From positions 1-64,000 of the forward strand of contig KZ538171.1 in the NCBI GenBank assembly GCA_000934665.2: a stretch of 64,000 nt of DNA. Direction: 5' to 3'. This stretch comes from Catajapyx aquilonaris (taxonomy: Eukaryota). Shown piece after piece: positions 1 to 14,261 of the stretch (its first letter is position 1; the number at the start of each line of letters is the position of its first letter). Below the pieces are notes generated by a model that saw only the letters and a list, made by a program, of their open reading frames with translations, searched no databases and was not told the DNA's origin. Both the position numbers and the translations under genes were made by a program.

Positions 1-110
1 CACACACACACCCTTATTAAAAGGCTGTTCAGCAGCAATTTATGATGAAGCGTTCTTAAAATAATACAGAGTCTGCATAGCTGCTTTCCTAATGAGATTT
101 TTTTCTGCAG

Positions 111-1847
111 TCAAACAGGTGTTCAGTGACATGGATTTTCTGGGGTGGTACACCACTGGAGACGCTCCTAGTGAATCTGATATCAAGGTTCACAAGCAGA
201 TCTGTGAGATCAACGAGAGCCCAATTTTTATGAAGCTCAATCCTCTGGCGCATCACACTGATGTGAGTTATCAGCATGCTGTTAGAAAATGCCACTATTG
301 TAACAGATGTGTTACATGTACAGTCTACATTTTGATGTATACTGTACTACCAACATGTAGTCAGAGCTGGTAAAATTGTGTAGCATCAGACTGGATGTGT
401 CTATAGCTGCCTCTCTGAGAAGTAGCCAAGTGAGGACCAGCTGTTATCACTTCCCATTCTAGTCACCCTCACCAAGTCCATACTTGCCTTACCTATTTCC
501 CTTGAAGGCTCAAATACACTTGTCCAAAGAGGTGAAGCACATATTTTTCCATTTCTCACTAGATGTATGGTATTTGAGGTTTGTTTTATAGAGTGAATGA
601 CTACTGTTATCTTCTAATTTACTCATTCCCTGCGGAGCTTGTATTTATTGCTACAGTAGAGATGTAGAGGCATGACTAGGTTCTTAAACTTCCTCTGAGA
701 TGGCTTGTGCTTTGATGTCACAGAAGGTGGGAATTAAAATTGTCATAAAATTATGATCAGATGCAAACATCCTAACCAACATTTTAAACATCTCAAGCGA
801 TAAATCAATATGTTCTTTATAAACATGTACGCAGAATTATTTTGGGTCCAGTCACTCCAGTGGGCTACCTTTTTTTTTGCTGACGTTGTATATATTGATG
901 CTTAACTTAGTATGCAAGAAGTATACTGCCATCCTACCAATAAAGGCCATAATAGCAATGTGCCGTGAAGAGGGATTTCGTTTGTCCAATTCTGATAGGC
1001 TACTTTAGCTGACTTCCATAGATTATGTGAGCTGTGCAATCGCTTGGCAGTATCAAATGTTGCAGATATGGCTTTTATTTTTAATTTTTCTGTGTTAGAT
1101 GCATTGGTAACTAATTTTCTGTATTACAACTCAGTTGCCAGTGAGCCTCTTTGAGTCAGTGATTGACCTTGTGAATGGAGAAGCTACCATGCTCTTTGTG
1201 GAGCTTTCCTACACTCTCGCCACGGAGGAGGCTGAAAGAATTGGTGTTGACCATGTGGCGCGAATGTCTGCCAATGAGGCTGGAGAGAGCTCCCTTGGTA
1301 AGTGCTTTCAGTGCTGCTGTCACATCCAAAAATTAACATGTAATATTTATTCTGATTTCAGTGGCTGAACACCTCCAGGTACAGCACAGTGCAATCAAGA
1401 TGTTGCACAGTAGGATAAAGCTCATCTTGGAATATGTGAAGGCAATCCAGAGGGAGGAGCTTCCCCCAAACCATGAGGTTCTCAGGGAAGCCTACAGCTT
1501 GTCTCACAGGCTTCCAGTGCTCAACACTGCACGTTTCAAAGGCGATTTCTACAATGTGAGTTGCAGCCGAGTACCGGTACTGTATATTCTAGGGTGGTTG
1601 TGTCAGAGTTTTATTCATATTTAAGAATTGGAATTTATTAATTTGCTAAAAGTAGCAGACTTTGAGACATAACTCTAATGCTGTTTTTTTTTCCCCCCAC
1701 TTACAGCAATGTAATGATGTGGCACTCATGACCTACCTGGGTACCATTACAAAGAGCTGCAATGACATGAATCACTTTGTGAATAAGTTCAATGTGCTAT
1801 ACGATCGTCAGGGAACTGGAAGGCGGATGAGGGGACTGTTCTTCTGA
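111..1847 (+). CDS. COPS6: COP9 signalosome subunit 6 (MPN domain), 5'-truncated by window edge
   Basis: Exons 111-262, 1135-1297, 1362-1555, 1707-1847 with GT-AG boundaries in phase. Peptides [50 protein letters not shown] and terminal GRRMRGLFF are characteristic of CSN6. AATAAA at 1994-1999. Confidence 0.96.
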
Positions 1848-2212
1848 AGTGGAAGCAGCTCTTGTTTTGTGTTATTTTTTATACAGCTTGGTTGAGTTCC
1901 CATGTGTTCAGCGCTGAAATGATTGTTCCAATGTTGGATTCAGGAATGAGTGGCAGCAGTTATCACAAGTTGTGTGCGATCAGTACTGGGACAAATAAAT
2001 TAAGACAGGGCAAATAAGCCCCAGGTTCCAAGGCAGGCTTTAATTAAACCATTTGAATACTTGTACAAAATAAGGAGAAAAAAATGTTTCAAAGAAGCAT
2101 AAGAGGGGGCACTGAACGAGCATTGCCTTCTTTTGACTAGCTCACCCTCAGTTGATGGTGTTTTTTTTGTCTTTCCAGTTAATTTGCGCATTCACTGGAA
2201 GAGTGCATGTGG

Positions 2213-5200
2213 TCACAAATCTGTTTCTAAGGTGACCACAGGTTTGTCCAGACCCATCAGCTCCTCAAAGAGGGAGCCCTCATATGACAATTCAGTGTCA
2301 CATTCTTCCTGGGTGTCATTTGGAACATCTTGGGGCAGAATGGCATGGCTTAACTTTCCACCAATTCGACTGTTTTCTAAGTGCCTTTGTGCATTTCGCA
2401 GAACGGCACAGGCTAATTCTCCTACAGTCCACTGGCGGTCAACCAATAGGCGACACAGGGTGTCCAGCTGCAATAAATATATTAGATAAAATCTCTCTCT
2501 CGAATTCTGTTGATTGGTACAAGAAACATGGAATCTTAATAGACTTGGCGAATGCGGTGAAAAGATTTGTGTTGGTACAAGCCATGTACAATTTAGAATT
2601 AGTACGCAAATGCTAAGAGGAAATGTGTAATCTGCTCTGCTTGGCCTTACAAACAAGGAACCAATATGAGTGAAGATTGTACATAAAAATTCCAACAACA
2701 TGGATTAGAATTAACTTCTGTTCCACATAGTATGTTCAGTTGACATGTATTTGAGAATGCAACAGTGCTGATGGCCACTCAATAAGAGCCTGTTGTGGCC
2801 ATTTTAGGATATTATCTTCGTGCAGGATTTCTCCTTTTTTCTTCCATTCTGTCAGGAATTGCATTTTGTTTTGCTGACTTTGAATCACACTTGCCTTTAT
2901 GACTCGAGAGTGTGAACAGGTGTAGTATACAAGGCAGGGACATCCACAACGTGATGCAGCAAGCCACTGAACCATGGCCTTTAATTGAGCGTCGCCTCGC
3001 TTTGAGCCACATCCCCAGTTGCCAGTTGAGATTGCTCTGCATCCATCACGAGATGACGAAAGGTCCAAGCGCTCATTCTGCAGCAGAGAAGCCTGTCATA
3101 TAAGAAAGGGGCAAATTATAATAAATTCTTACTCTAGGCGCTTGAATTCCCCAATAATTCCACCACCACCAAATACTAGAAAAGTGGTGGTAACTCACAC
3201 CCCTGGCTATTGCCTCTGCCACAAGGGTCTCAGCTGTCTTCCCCCCGAACCTTGTAATGATATCTTCAGCAGGCACTATCTTGTTCACAGCCTCATGAAT
3301 GCCTTCATGGGTTATTTTCCATGCCAACTCTCCAGCATAGCCACACAAATGAAGGACCTCACTTATGATACGTGATGCCATGACTTGGCTGAAACTGACC
3401 ACTGCTGACAGGCTCACCAATTTTGAGGTCAGGTTTCTGATTGCTTGTAGTCCATCTGGAGAATGATCCGTGTTGGTTGCTGCTGATCGGTTGTCAGCTG
3501 TGCGGATCAAGAGACGTTTGGCAGCCTCTAGAGCTATGCGTTCCTCACTGATGCGCTCATTGAGACTTAAAGAGCGACATCCAACCTTATTCTTGAACTC
3601 CGATGGTGGTTCAGCGATGCCTGTGTTGTGGAAAGTTGCAGTGTTAGAGCTTGCAAGGAGTACTTGTGTTACTGCACAGAGTAGGTTGGTTGGTTGGTTG
3701 AAATAGCCAAGATAACAAAACATGAGGGAAAGGGTGTCACCATGGAATTGGGGGTGGAGACCAACATTTGCATATAGGCGACTGTAGACCCAACCACTGC
3801 TCTGAGTTCAAGCATGTCCTGTTGTTGAAAACACTAACTACCTGAGAGTTTAATATTCCTCATTCTGGGTTCCTCCGAAAGTTGCTCAATTCCCAGTGCA
3901 ACGCTGGTGAAAGAATCGCTCAAAGTCCTCTTCAGTAATGAATGAGCAAACCTGAAGACTGCAACATCACGTGATTCCAACTCTCCCTCCTGTGGATCTT
4001 CTAACCAGTGGCCAAATTGATCATAGAGTTCATCCAGTTCTGTAAAGCACAATACAGTATTTTTTTTACAGCTATTTCTTAATACATGCTCACCAGAACT
4101 GAAGTCTGAACTGAAAGAATATTTGGAAGAATCCCCAGTTTCTCTTCGACTCAATCGCTGCCTCTGAAAACGGCCAATCCACCTTTTCTCGCGGTCTAGC
4201 CCATCATCATCATAGCCATCTTCATCGTCAAAGTCTTCGTCATCCAGCTGTCGAGTATCTTCAGCCAATAAAAATCCTCTCGATCCTCCTCTCCTCATGC
4301 GAATCTCATCGTCTTCTCCAATGTCAGGTCCAGAGATGCTTATATCTACTGCATAGGAAGATGAGGACTCGCCATCACCATCTCCCGAACTACAGCTGCT
4401 AAATCCTCGAAGAGGCCTACGTCGCAGGTACAGTTGCTGCTGCTGTTGCTCCTGTTGGAGGGCATTTCGTAGCTGGGCAGCGAAGCTCTCGCGACGCTCC
4501 TTAGTTTCCATGTCATTGTCATAAGTACGGTCTGCAACTTCTCCTTCAGCCGGACTTCCTTCTGCACTTGCGAATTCTTCTTCAGATTCAGATTGGCAAC
4601 TTATATAGATAGATGTTGTACGCTCATCGCCAAGGTGAGGTGTGGATTTCGGAATAGGTAAGGTCAAAGGTCCTCTTCTTCCTCCGCCAAGCAGCAAGGT
4701 CAGGTGCTGCAATTGAATGTATAGAGTGGGTTACTTGCATCACAAAACACGCAGCACACCTACCGTGGTCTTTTTGTCTTCTGGCACTCGTTTGTCTTCT
4801 GTTTCACTGCCGTCGCTTTCTCTTGTGATGGACAAGAGAGGCACTTTGGTTCTGGAGGCGGAGCTTATCTTTGACCTATTGACCAGAGGTGACCTGGCTG
4901 GACTTGAAAATCTCTCCACATCAGCTGGAGTATCTTCCTCAGCTGTTCTGAACACCGACGACCTTTCACTGTTCTGACTAATCTATCGGAAGAATAAATG
5001 GTCATGTAATAGTTTCCCACTAACCAAGGCAACAATAAGAGGTCATCCAACTTACGTCGGCCAGAGGTGGTTTTCTTAACGTATGCATAGGGGTTTGGAA
5101 GTTAGGAGGCGGAGGTATGGGCGGTGGAGAAGCTTGCAGTCTATCTGTCATGCTTGCAAACACGCTGTCGGAACTATCGGGGTCACTGAGGTCACGAGCT

Positions 5201-8200
5201 ACTCCAGAGTCTGAATCCGGAAGTTTTGTCCCTCCTGTGCGTGATGCTGCGTCTTTGCCAAGTCCTAATTCCGGAGGAGTTGAACTTGAAGATTCGCCTG
5301 AAATGTCAAATATGAAGAAGGTGTCCTATATTCATGGTCACATTTTATGTGACTGACCTATTGGTGAAAGGCGTCGAGTTCGTTCAGTCTGCTGCTGGAA
5401 GCCCAGAAAAGCCTTGTTCAACTCCCTCAAAACATTGTCCTCTTCATATTGCCTAAGAGGAAAGTCGCTGTAGTCCTCCGCATCAATGAAGACCACAGAG
5501 ACATCCTGTTCTGATTCAGGATTGTCACTGGCTGGAATGAACGAAGGTCGTCCCTGGGTTTCATTCACGATTCCAACTGGTTGGACTCCCTGGACGGAGA
5601 AAGCCTCGTTGTCCTCCAGCTTTTCCACAAAGGGTATGGCAGCCAAAAGTTCAGGGCTCGACGCCATTTGTAGACATTCCTGCAATACCATCTGCCAGTG
5701 AAACAATCTTTTTCAAATGTTACATCACAGTACCTGAGCCGTTCCTTTCTCCAATACATTTCCACCTAGATGACTGCTGGAGAAGCATACTCTAAGAGTC
5801 GACGGTTCTGATTGCTCCAGATGACCCTCATGTCGAACCCACACAGGACACAAAGGTCGGTTGCATTCTAACCAATCCTCAATCGTCAACCACTGCTTTC
5901 CTGGCATCACCTGAAACATGTCAACATCATTATCGCTCACTAGTTTCCTATAGCACATGAGCGGCGCCAAAGGGACATTCTGACACGTATAAACACGCGC
6001 AGAAAAAGTTGCACGGAGGCAACTTTGGTAATCACCTTCGCTGTCAAGCGCAATCAGTCCTGATTAATTGGTGGATGGCTTTAATCGAGGACAATGAGGC
6101 CAGGGATTTCGGTGGCACTATAGGAAGACTCTCTGGAAGGGAGTCTTCTCCGTAAATCATTTTAGCTGCCAATAGTAGTCACCCACTGCGAGAAAGATTA
6201 CAGGCCGCCCCCTCACAATTATTTATCCCTTCTACTCCATTTTTTTTGTCTTACTTTCCTTTTTTTTTTAATTGGAAGGAGTTTAATGAGTGCCACCGCC
6301 CTTCCCTTGGGCCACTTTGGGCTCTCTGGTGGAAAAAAGTAGAAGAAAGTTTGCCCCCCATAACTCTGCCCCAAGCAATATCTACGAGAATTCAATTGGA
6401 TTCCAGAGCGGTCTGAAATCGGGTCTCCTATTTTTTTCCGACTGGTGATAGTGTACGCCATTAATTTTCTACCGAAGAAATAGTAGGATGTTGGCACTAG
6501 TTGATTACAAATCGACATGACCTTGCCAGTCGGTACCTAGAAGATCGCATCTTCAACACTTAACGTGCATGCCATAAATCTCAGGCTAATTGGCCAGCAA
6601 ACGATTTTGACCCAGTTGAACTTACAGCAAAGGCACGTCGACCTTATGATATTGGCACATGCCCGATTTTTTTTTTTTGCGCATTGCTGCTTCCCCATCG
6701 GAATTTCACTGCAGGCTCCCCTTTATCAATGAGATTATGTGGAATCGCAATTTGTCACTCCAGCTCTTATATCTACTGCTGCAAAAGTGTTTCGCACTAG
6801 TCAGCCGTTTATGGCATATGCGCCAATGTGGTATTACGATAAATTGGCCTATCAGCTACGTCGGGAATGCAGTGCCAGAAGCATTATGGCAGCCAACTGG
6901 TGTTTCACATTGACGAGAATAATTGCATTACGTTAAGCCTGGAAGCGCTATGTGAATTCGCTATTTTCCACTCTCACATGATGTTCGCCATAGCAAAAAT
7001 ATTTTTGACTCCAATTATTAATTTCATGATATGAACTTGCATTAGTTCTGACACGCCTTTGTTAAATCATGCATTCATGCCAAGCTAAAATAACCGAAAC
7101 TTAAGGCAAATAAGCCGACATGTTGAAGCCAGAAACTTTGGTCATTTCCAAACAGAAATGAAAGCGTTCATCGAGGTAGAAAATGGTCCTATATATGGGA
7201 AGCCTCTCTCTTCACCTCCAGTGTATAACGAGCTGTCTAGCCCTCTCTCTGCAGCAATAGATGAGCTCCCAGAGTTACCAGCTCTACTACTCTCAGCCCC
7301 TGACTGTCACTAAGATAAGCCTTTATTTATGTTCCGGTCGGCGGTGGCTCCTAAACGTTCAAAAAAAAAGTGGGGGACCCAAGCTTCCGCGTCCAAAACT
7401 GCCCAATTTGTCAAGGAAAGTTTTAAAGGGTTGGCTGGTAGGTGGGGGGGTGTCCATGTTAAGTCCTTTCCCCTTAAATTAATTGGCGGGCCTCATTTTG
7501 CAAAGCCACACGCAGACACCCTTCACGGAACCCAGATTACTATCGGATCCCCCAATTTTTTAAGTCCACAAGGTTATATCCACAAACTGGACTATAGGAT
7601 GAGTGAAAATGAGGGCAATTTGCATATAACGTGAGTTTGAATACGGATCTTGATAACAATATTGCCGTTCTTACATGATGTCATACAGGACAGAGGTAGC
7701 AAATTTTGTATGTAAACGAGAGCATATTTATCACCTTTTTTCAACTAGGAATGGCTAATTCTGAAGCCAACTTTGGCTTTTTGTGTGACAGTCCAGTATC
7801 ACATTTTTACAGTGGTGGGATGAGATGGGTGGGGGTGCTGTGGGAGAAGTTCCATTCTATTCACCTCAGTTGGAGCTGAAAACCCACCCAACCGCACTTG
7901 ACAAGCAGGAAACATGTTCTGATCGATTGGATTCTGCTGTATAGTGTAAGGCCACACTCGTCCAGATTTTTTTTTTATATTGTTTTTTTTTTGAAAAAAA
8001 AGGAGGGGGGGGGGGGAGGNGGGGGGGGGAGGAAGCGATCCGAAACTAATCCCGGTAACTTGTCACGTTATTCTCCCATAGCCCAGCCTTTTATGAGATT
8101 TCAGCCTGGAGGATAGTTTCTTTGAGTCAGTGTCGGAAGAGTAACATAATTACAACTTTTTTTTGGCACGTTTGTGACAAAATTAATGCCTTTTTTGTGC

Positions 8201-11200
8201 CAATCACCGAACATCTCTGTTTGCGAGACACTTTTGGGAAAAGTATCATGTTTCATACATTATTCAGGATACAGACGACAGAAGGAAACAAAAAACTGGT
8301 GACATCCTTCCATATATATTTTTTGTTATTCAATTATTTATAACATGTCGACACTGCCCCTTTCCGGCGACCCCAGGAATTATTCATGAACAATATAAAA
8401 CCCTCTCTTGAAACTTGGAAGCAAAAACTTAATGTCACCTAACCCAAGTGATACTTTTCAGGGGGGTAAAGGGTTGGTTCTATAAGTAGACCAAGTGTTG
8501 CATTTCAAAGGAGGGTAAAGACCCTTCTCTTGAGGGAAAGGCATCCATTATCATTTCTAAGTATGTGCGACGTAATAACCACACCTTGTATAATGATCAC
8601 TTGGTCGGAGAGCACGTCCGAGTAATTAAGTTTCCCCTCGGAATGTTTGCTAGCATTTTATAGTAGAAGTTCACGCCCTATGAAAATTTAGGGGCCTGTC
8701 GGCTGATTTGCATAGAGAATCCTTCCCTACGACCTAACTCTATTCGTGGGTTGTCCACGCTTTTTGCACTATTCAGGTGATATACACTGTTGTACACTAA
8801 ATGCCAGGATATGAAATCCTCTCAGAAACAGAGAAAATGAATTGAAAAACTTGGGTGATCATGATTAAATCAAAATTCAGGAACAATGTGATTAATTATG
8901 AATCGGCGACAGTCATTACAAGGGAGGATTGAACAATTTCCTTTGTTATCGACCCAAATCTGGATGCAGTGTCACCTGCACAACCTTTTGCTATGGCGGA
9001 TCTTAAAAGCAGGCTCATCAGTAGGAGTGTCAAGCCCATAACATTTACATAACAATGCGGCATGTAGGGCTAGCAGCACTTTAGATGGAAGATTGCGTGC
9101 GGCGTTTTCGTGGAAATAATTGCAAGATTGAATTAGAAGGGGCGTGGAATACATTTTAAGAGCTGATTCGGCTTGGTTTACTCCTATAACGGCCAGCTTT
9201 TTCGTCTGGTTTGGGCGTTAGAGCCTATTCATGTTATTAACTGCCGATACTAAATTTTGAGCCATGGCCATTCATTACGTGAGTAAAAGTAGGTGCACTT
9301 ACTTTTAAAGCTACACTTTAAGATTTATTCTAGGCTCTATTTCACTAGTGACGTTTAATGCTCTGCATTTGGGGATTTTGCAGTCTACATGGGCCGCCAA
9401 AAACTGAGCAAATCAGTTAAACACAAGCCATTAAAGCAGATGCTGTACCTTGTAATTCTATATGCCGCGTGTACCTCTTGTGCAATGGCCGTAACAGCCG
9501 TAAAGAGTGTCTCATCCGTCATTCTGTCTGGACCATAATCAAAATTCGAAATGGCCATAGCCATCTTAAAATATGTCCGTTTTAGCAATCACTCAGCAAT
9601 ACGTGCTTGGAATCAACGTTCACTCCCAGGTAATTGGCGGGAAACAAAATGAAAATGTCTACCGAGTGCCATCAACTGTCCAAACAACACTAGCTCGAAT
9701 TAGAACCAGTGATATTTTTTTGGAGCCAACACACCTGGCAAACGACGAGGAAATGTACTTTCAGTTGCAAACAAGAACAGCAAACAATCGGATTGGATTT
9801 CCAAGGCTAACCGCATCTTCGGACAAAAAATTTTTTATCCGATATATATTTTTTCGCACCACTTTTCTAGTATTATTTTTCCACTCCACGAGCGCTCTTC
9901 TAACCAGTAGGTAAACCAAACCTACAGCACGAAACTTTAGTTTGTTTTGCGAGATTATGTGGACTTTTCCAGATTATACTGTAAGCTGTAGTCAATGTTT
10001 GTTATATGACCCGCTAAAATCCGATGTGTTCTATGATTAATATAGACTGAATTTTTCATACCCATTTAAATGTCACTGCGGCACTTAATTTGAGTGTTCG
10101 CACTTGGTAACTTCATGAGATGTGACAACACTGCGATGAAACTTACACGTTACCTCTAAAATAATTTGCAATTACAAAGGCTGTGAAAATTAGCTGGCGC
10201 ACCAACACGTAATTAGAAAATATATTAAAAGTTTTTCAGAACGTACACATCAAAGTAATTTCAGCTCTGTTTGAAATAACATAATAGTACCCAGGAAATT
10301 AACAAGCCTGCCTAATTGTCGCTCCTTGCCTCCAGCTACAGAACTTTACAGTTAACATCATTAAAAGACAAAACACATGCACCCACGCACTATTAAATTC
10401 TAGTTTTAACTCTGCCAAGTCCTGCACGCTTCCAAGGCACATAATGAATGAAAGAGTCAATTACCGTAACGTGAATCCTTTGTCGGCTAATAGCACCGAC
10501 ACGCACTTACAGCTCAATCACCTGTCTGGAACTGAGCCGCATTTGGAGGCGTACCTCAAATTGAATGGCCAGACTAACTTGGGCAGGGCAGCGGCCCCAT
10601 ACGACCCAACACACATGCCTTTTACTCATTCGCTGCCCATCCCACCCTCCAGCTAAGACATGACATGTGACTCAGGTGGCCTCTTGTAATATACGATGCA
10701 ATATCGTGTCTGGACTATAAACTGTATAGGTGATATCCATATGGGTGTTTATAGGGTAATAAAAATTCCTGCTCTAACTGGACAACAATAGGACCGATAT
10801 AATGAAACAGCCTTACCTGACGACGGAAGACTATAGTTCCTTTGGCTTCCTTTTTGTGAAGACGCTCAAAGTAGTGCAGAAGAGCTGAAACCTTCGCCTT
10901 ATGGGTTTGGCTGGAAGCAGAGAAGTTTTCCGATATTCCACATTCCAGTGCAGAAAGGAAGATGCAAATTCACTTTGAGCTCTGAAAATGGCATTACCAG
11001 CACCCCGCACTATGGAGCGCAAACAATTCAAACTTGCACACACACACACACATTGTTCGTAACTGTCATGCATACAATTCAATTACAGCGTGTGGATCAA
11101 GTACTGTAGGCAGCCTCATTTGAATAACGGTACCTTTGTTGAATGCACTGGAAGAGAGTGATGAAATTGAAGTCTTGTAAAGTCGGATGTGTCTTTTTAG

Positions 11201-14200
11201 TACGTCTTGGAAAGGTGGAGAAAAATCCGTGTGCCAGCAACGATGCCACAAAACGTCTTTCCAACTCCACTCTATCAGCTAGAATGAAAGTGCCAAAAAA
11301 AAAAATGTTAGCTCAAATCCCTTAATTGCAGCCAAATCACAAAACAGGTTTGTACCCCGCTCTTTTTTTATCGGCAAAGTCGTTTTCTTCCTAGTGGGTA
11401 GTTATCCTGGCCCAGCAGGAGATAAGGAAGAGGACAAGAGAGGATCCGTTGACCTCAACACCTGTGAGCTGTGAAGCCTACGTACACCTTCACAAAACGC
11501 ATTAGTTGCATACTGGCTAACGATCATGTCTGGCCTTCCAGTCACGATCTACCACCAAGCTGATTCTAGTCAGGTGCCTAGCTTTTAATTTAAGCTACCG
11601 GTACTCTAAACGTGACATACTATTTAAGCAGGAGCTGTATATTTTACATGGGCTGTGGAAATTCTCAGAGCAAACGTTTGGATTTCAAGCTGGGTTCATG
11701 CTGTTCTGCAAAGATAATTCAAAAGTAACCAGTTGAAGGAACTAGTTATTTGTCCGAAATGATAACTGAGTTCAGTGACACTAAAGTGATATATTTGGTA
11801 GGTGCTATTCGCATGAATATATCACCAGACCCATAATGAAATTTACAACAAACTTTAATCCCACAGAAACGTAGTTCCTTAATTGTCCAGTGTAATTATG
11901 AATAGACTTTCCATTGGGTTGGTACCGAATGTAGAATTTTGAATGCGTGGTTTGGCCAAAGTCGAGGCCGCGCTCATTCATAATTCAGTTGAATGTAGCA
12001 GCGAGAAACCAAACTGGATCCACTCAACACGCCCTGACCACGTTTGTTAAGTACTCCAGAGCAAGAACTATTACTTAAAGCACCGCTACCGGACTCCTGC
12101 CCATAAAACCCTGCCCAAATGGGTCCCATGCTGCCGACCTCATTTCCATTTTAAAATGTTATTGTCCCCTACCTTCAAGTCCTCCTTGTTATATTGGAGT
12201 TTCAATACGACGTTTTATCCCAAGAAAGACTTTCTTTCCATATATACATATGGTGCACTCTAGTTCCTCTCCATTATCATCATTTGAGATGAGTACAGTG
12301 CAATAAAAATTTTCAGCGAGCTGTACAGTACCCCCCCCCCCCCAAAAAAAAAAAAAAAAATCCTGACCCGTATATGAACTTTTCGCAACAAATTGCATAG
12401 CGGCTTATCTCCTTCATTACTAACTCTCATTACTATGATATTAACTAATAATTTGAGAATGCAGTCACCTTTCTCTTAGTAGAAGGTGGGCTGAGTAAAT
12501 CTCGGGTCGGTGGCTTTTTACTGAGCTTATATGGACGGACAGGTCGTTATCTGCCCATCTAGTTTGGGCAGGTGTAGTGCCCGACATGTACGAGGGCTTC
12601 ATGCAATTCAAGTCCCTTTTTTAAAAAACCAACCCAACCCCTATTATAGTATGCGAAGAGATGCCACTCCCCGTACACTATAGATGTCAAACCGGATATG
12701 AGTAGGCGGATTTTAATCGATGTCAGCTGTGCATATGCTTCAAATCATGGGCCATAAATTGATGATCATCTCGTCACGGGCATATTTGAAATCTAACCAA
12801 TTTATGCCAAAATAATAATTAGGTTTAATCTATCGCGAGGCTTAGAACACGGAGTATCAGCAGGTAATAAATTAGTCTTCGACTAGTCTAAAGTCAACAT
12901 GAGGTCAGCACGAAACCTCTCAGCCAGTTTCTAGGAGATTCCATTTCTAGAGCACGAAAACCAAGCAGCTTACATTACTTCCACATCCCGAACTTCTCAA
13001 CGTTCGATAAAGTCAGTCTTCAAAGACTTGGCTATTCTATACATCCGCGCAATTTCCGAGGTAAAGGCAATACCAGCACCCGGTAACGACTCTCAGATAA
13101 TCGTCCGGAGACATTTCCTAACTCATTTTCAAACGCGAAAAATAAATCGATTCCACTTTTTTAAATATTAATGTCCTCCAATCAATAAGTTTTAAAAACG
13201 TCTTCGTAAAGTTTCTACAGAACCCTGCACTTGCAATTACCCCCCAAAACTACTTTGCCCGATTGGTATACTTCTACTAATGATATCCCACCGCAATTAG
13301 TCGACTAATAATCGGGACCACAATTTGCACGCTCTTTCTACTAATATCTCACGCTCATAGTGTCCACCGCCCATAACGGCTTAGAGAATGTCAAGGGTTA
13401 AAAGCAAACTAAATCATTACCAAACTTTGGAAGCTTTCCACGCTCGCTTAGAAAATGTTCCAAACTTACAAGTTATAGGGCAAAAGATCGCTGACTCCAT
13501 AAACCAGGCAGATCGGGTTTGACCAGGTAATACCTGTATACAAAAAAAGGGTATTTGGGCATCCACACTTTGAGTGGGTATTTAATTACTTGTGGTAACG
13601 GTATTCGTGTTGGGAGGCCGTAAAATCATTGTTAGACGATTATCTATATAATATGACTTTCTTATCAATTGACAGGGTGGGCCCAAATTTCGGTGAGATC
13701 ATCACTAATTGGCATAGCGATTCCTGAGGTCATTGTGGAGAGGTCGTAAACCCTCGACCCGCCCAGTATTTATTGTATACCACGAGGGCGTTTCAAAGAG
13801 CACCGGTTCAAAGTTTTGTAATTAACCGATTTTAAAAAATCGACTTACTCTGTTGCTGTAGACTGTAGTGCAGTCCAAGAGGTGGTTTGTGCAATTTGAG
13901 CTTAAGGGCATGGTCAAGCAATGATGGAAGTGAGTATTGGAAGAATCGCTCTTTGTCCAGTTCAGTGTCCAGAAAGGTCTTCAGACCATCAAACACCTCT
14001 AGGTCCACTGTTTCAGGTTCATCCGGGTCTAATCCCACACTGGAAATTGCGACAATAAGGAGTCAATAAGCGATATCATTTATTCATAGTCAGGGTCTCC
14101 AACTATTGATCCGACTATTGAATGACTTACTTGCAGAGACTGTGGATCTTGTGCATGTCATCGATGACCTCGGCCACTGTCTCGACGGTCTGGAGGTGTT

Positions 14201-14261
14201 TGAAGTGTCGCTGAAGGGTAGGCCATGTCGGAAGGTCGCATGGAAGTAGGACCAGCGCCAT
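2213..14261 (-). CDS. PARG-like (poly(ADP-ribose) glycohydrolase fold) protein, ~1103 aa, catalytic motif degenerate
   Basis: 12 exons: 14261-14131, 14039-13849, 11278-11134, 10910-10817, 5910-5734, 5679-5358, 5297-5056, 4982-4764, 4706-3842, 3671-3199, 3092-2895, 2467-2213 (3312 nt, in frame). PARG-type segments: SLLAHGFFSTFPRR...DFNFITLF, KVSALLHYFER...GTIVFRRQ, LGGNVLEKGTAQECLQMASSPELL, VLRELNKAFLGF, AISTGNWGCG...DAQLKAMVQWLAAS, WTVGEL. Confidence 0.85.
13200..13401. mobile_element. Possible single end of a piggyBac-like element
   Basis: Ends in ...GTCAAGGG|TTAA (TTAA at 13398-13401), preceded by repeated CTACTAAT/GACTAAT motifs. No matching second end found; the left boundary is arbitrary. 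Confidence 0.3.

Noticed and set aside
421..433. AGTAGCCAAGTGA recurring at 56297-56309 (-) and approximately at 63960
   Set aside because: 13-mer matches are expected by chance in 64 kb, and the flanks do not align convincingly.
940..1002. Possible intronic C/D snoRNA in COPS6 (CTGA near 995)
   Set aside because: No proper RTGATGA C box or clear terminal stem.
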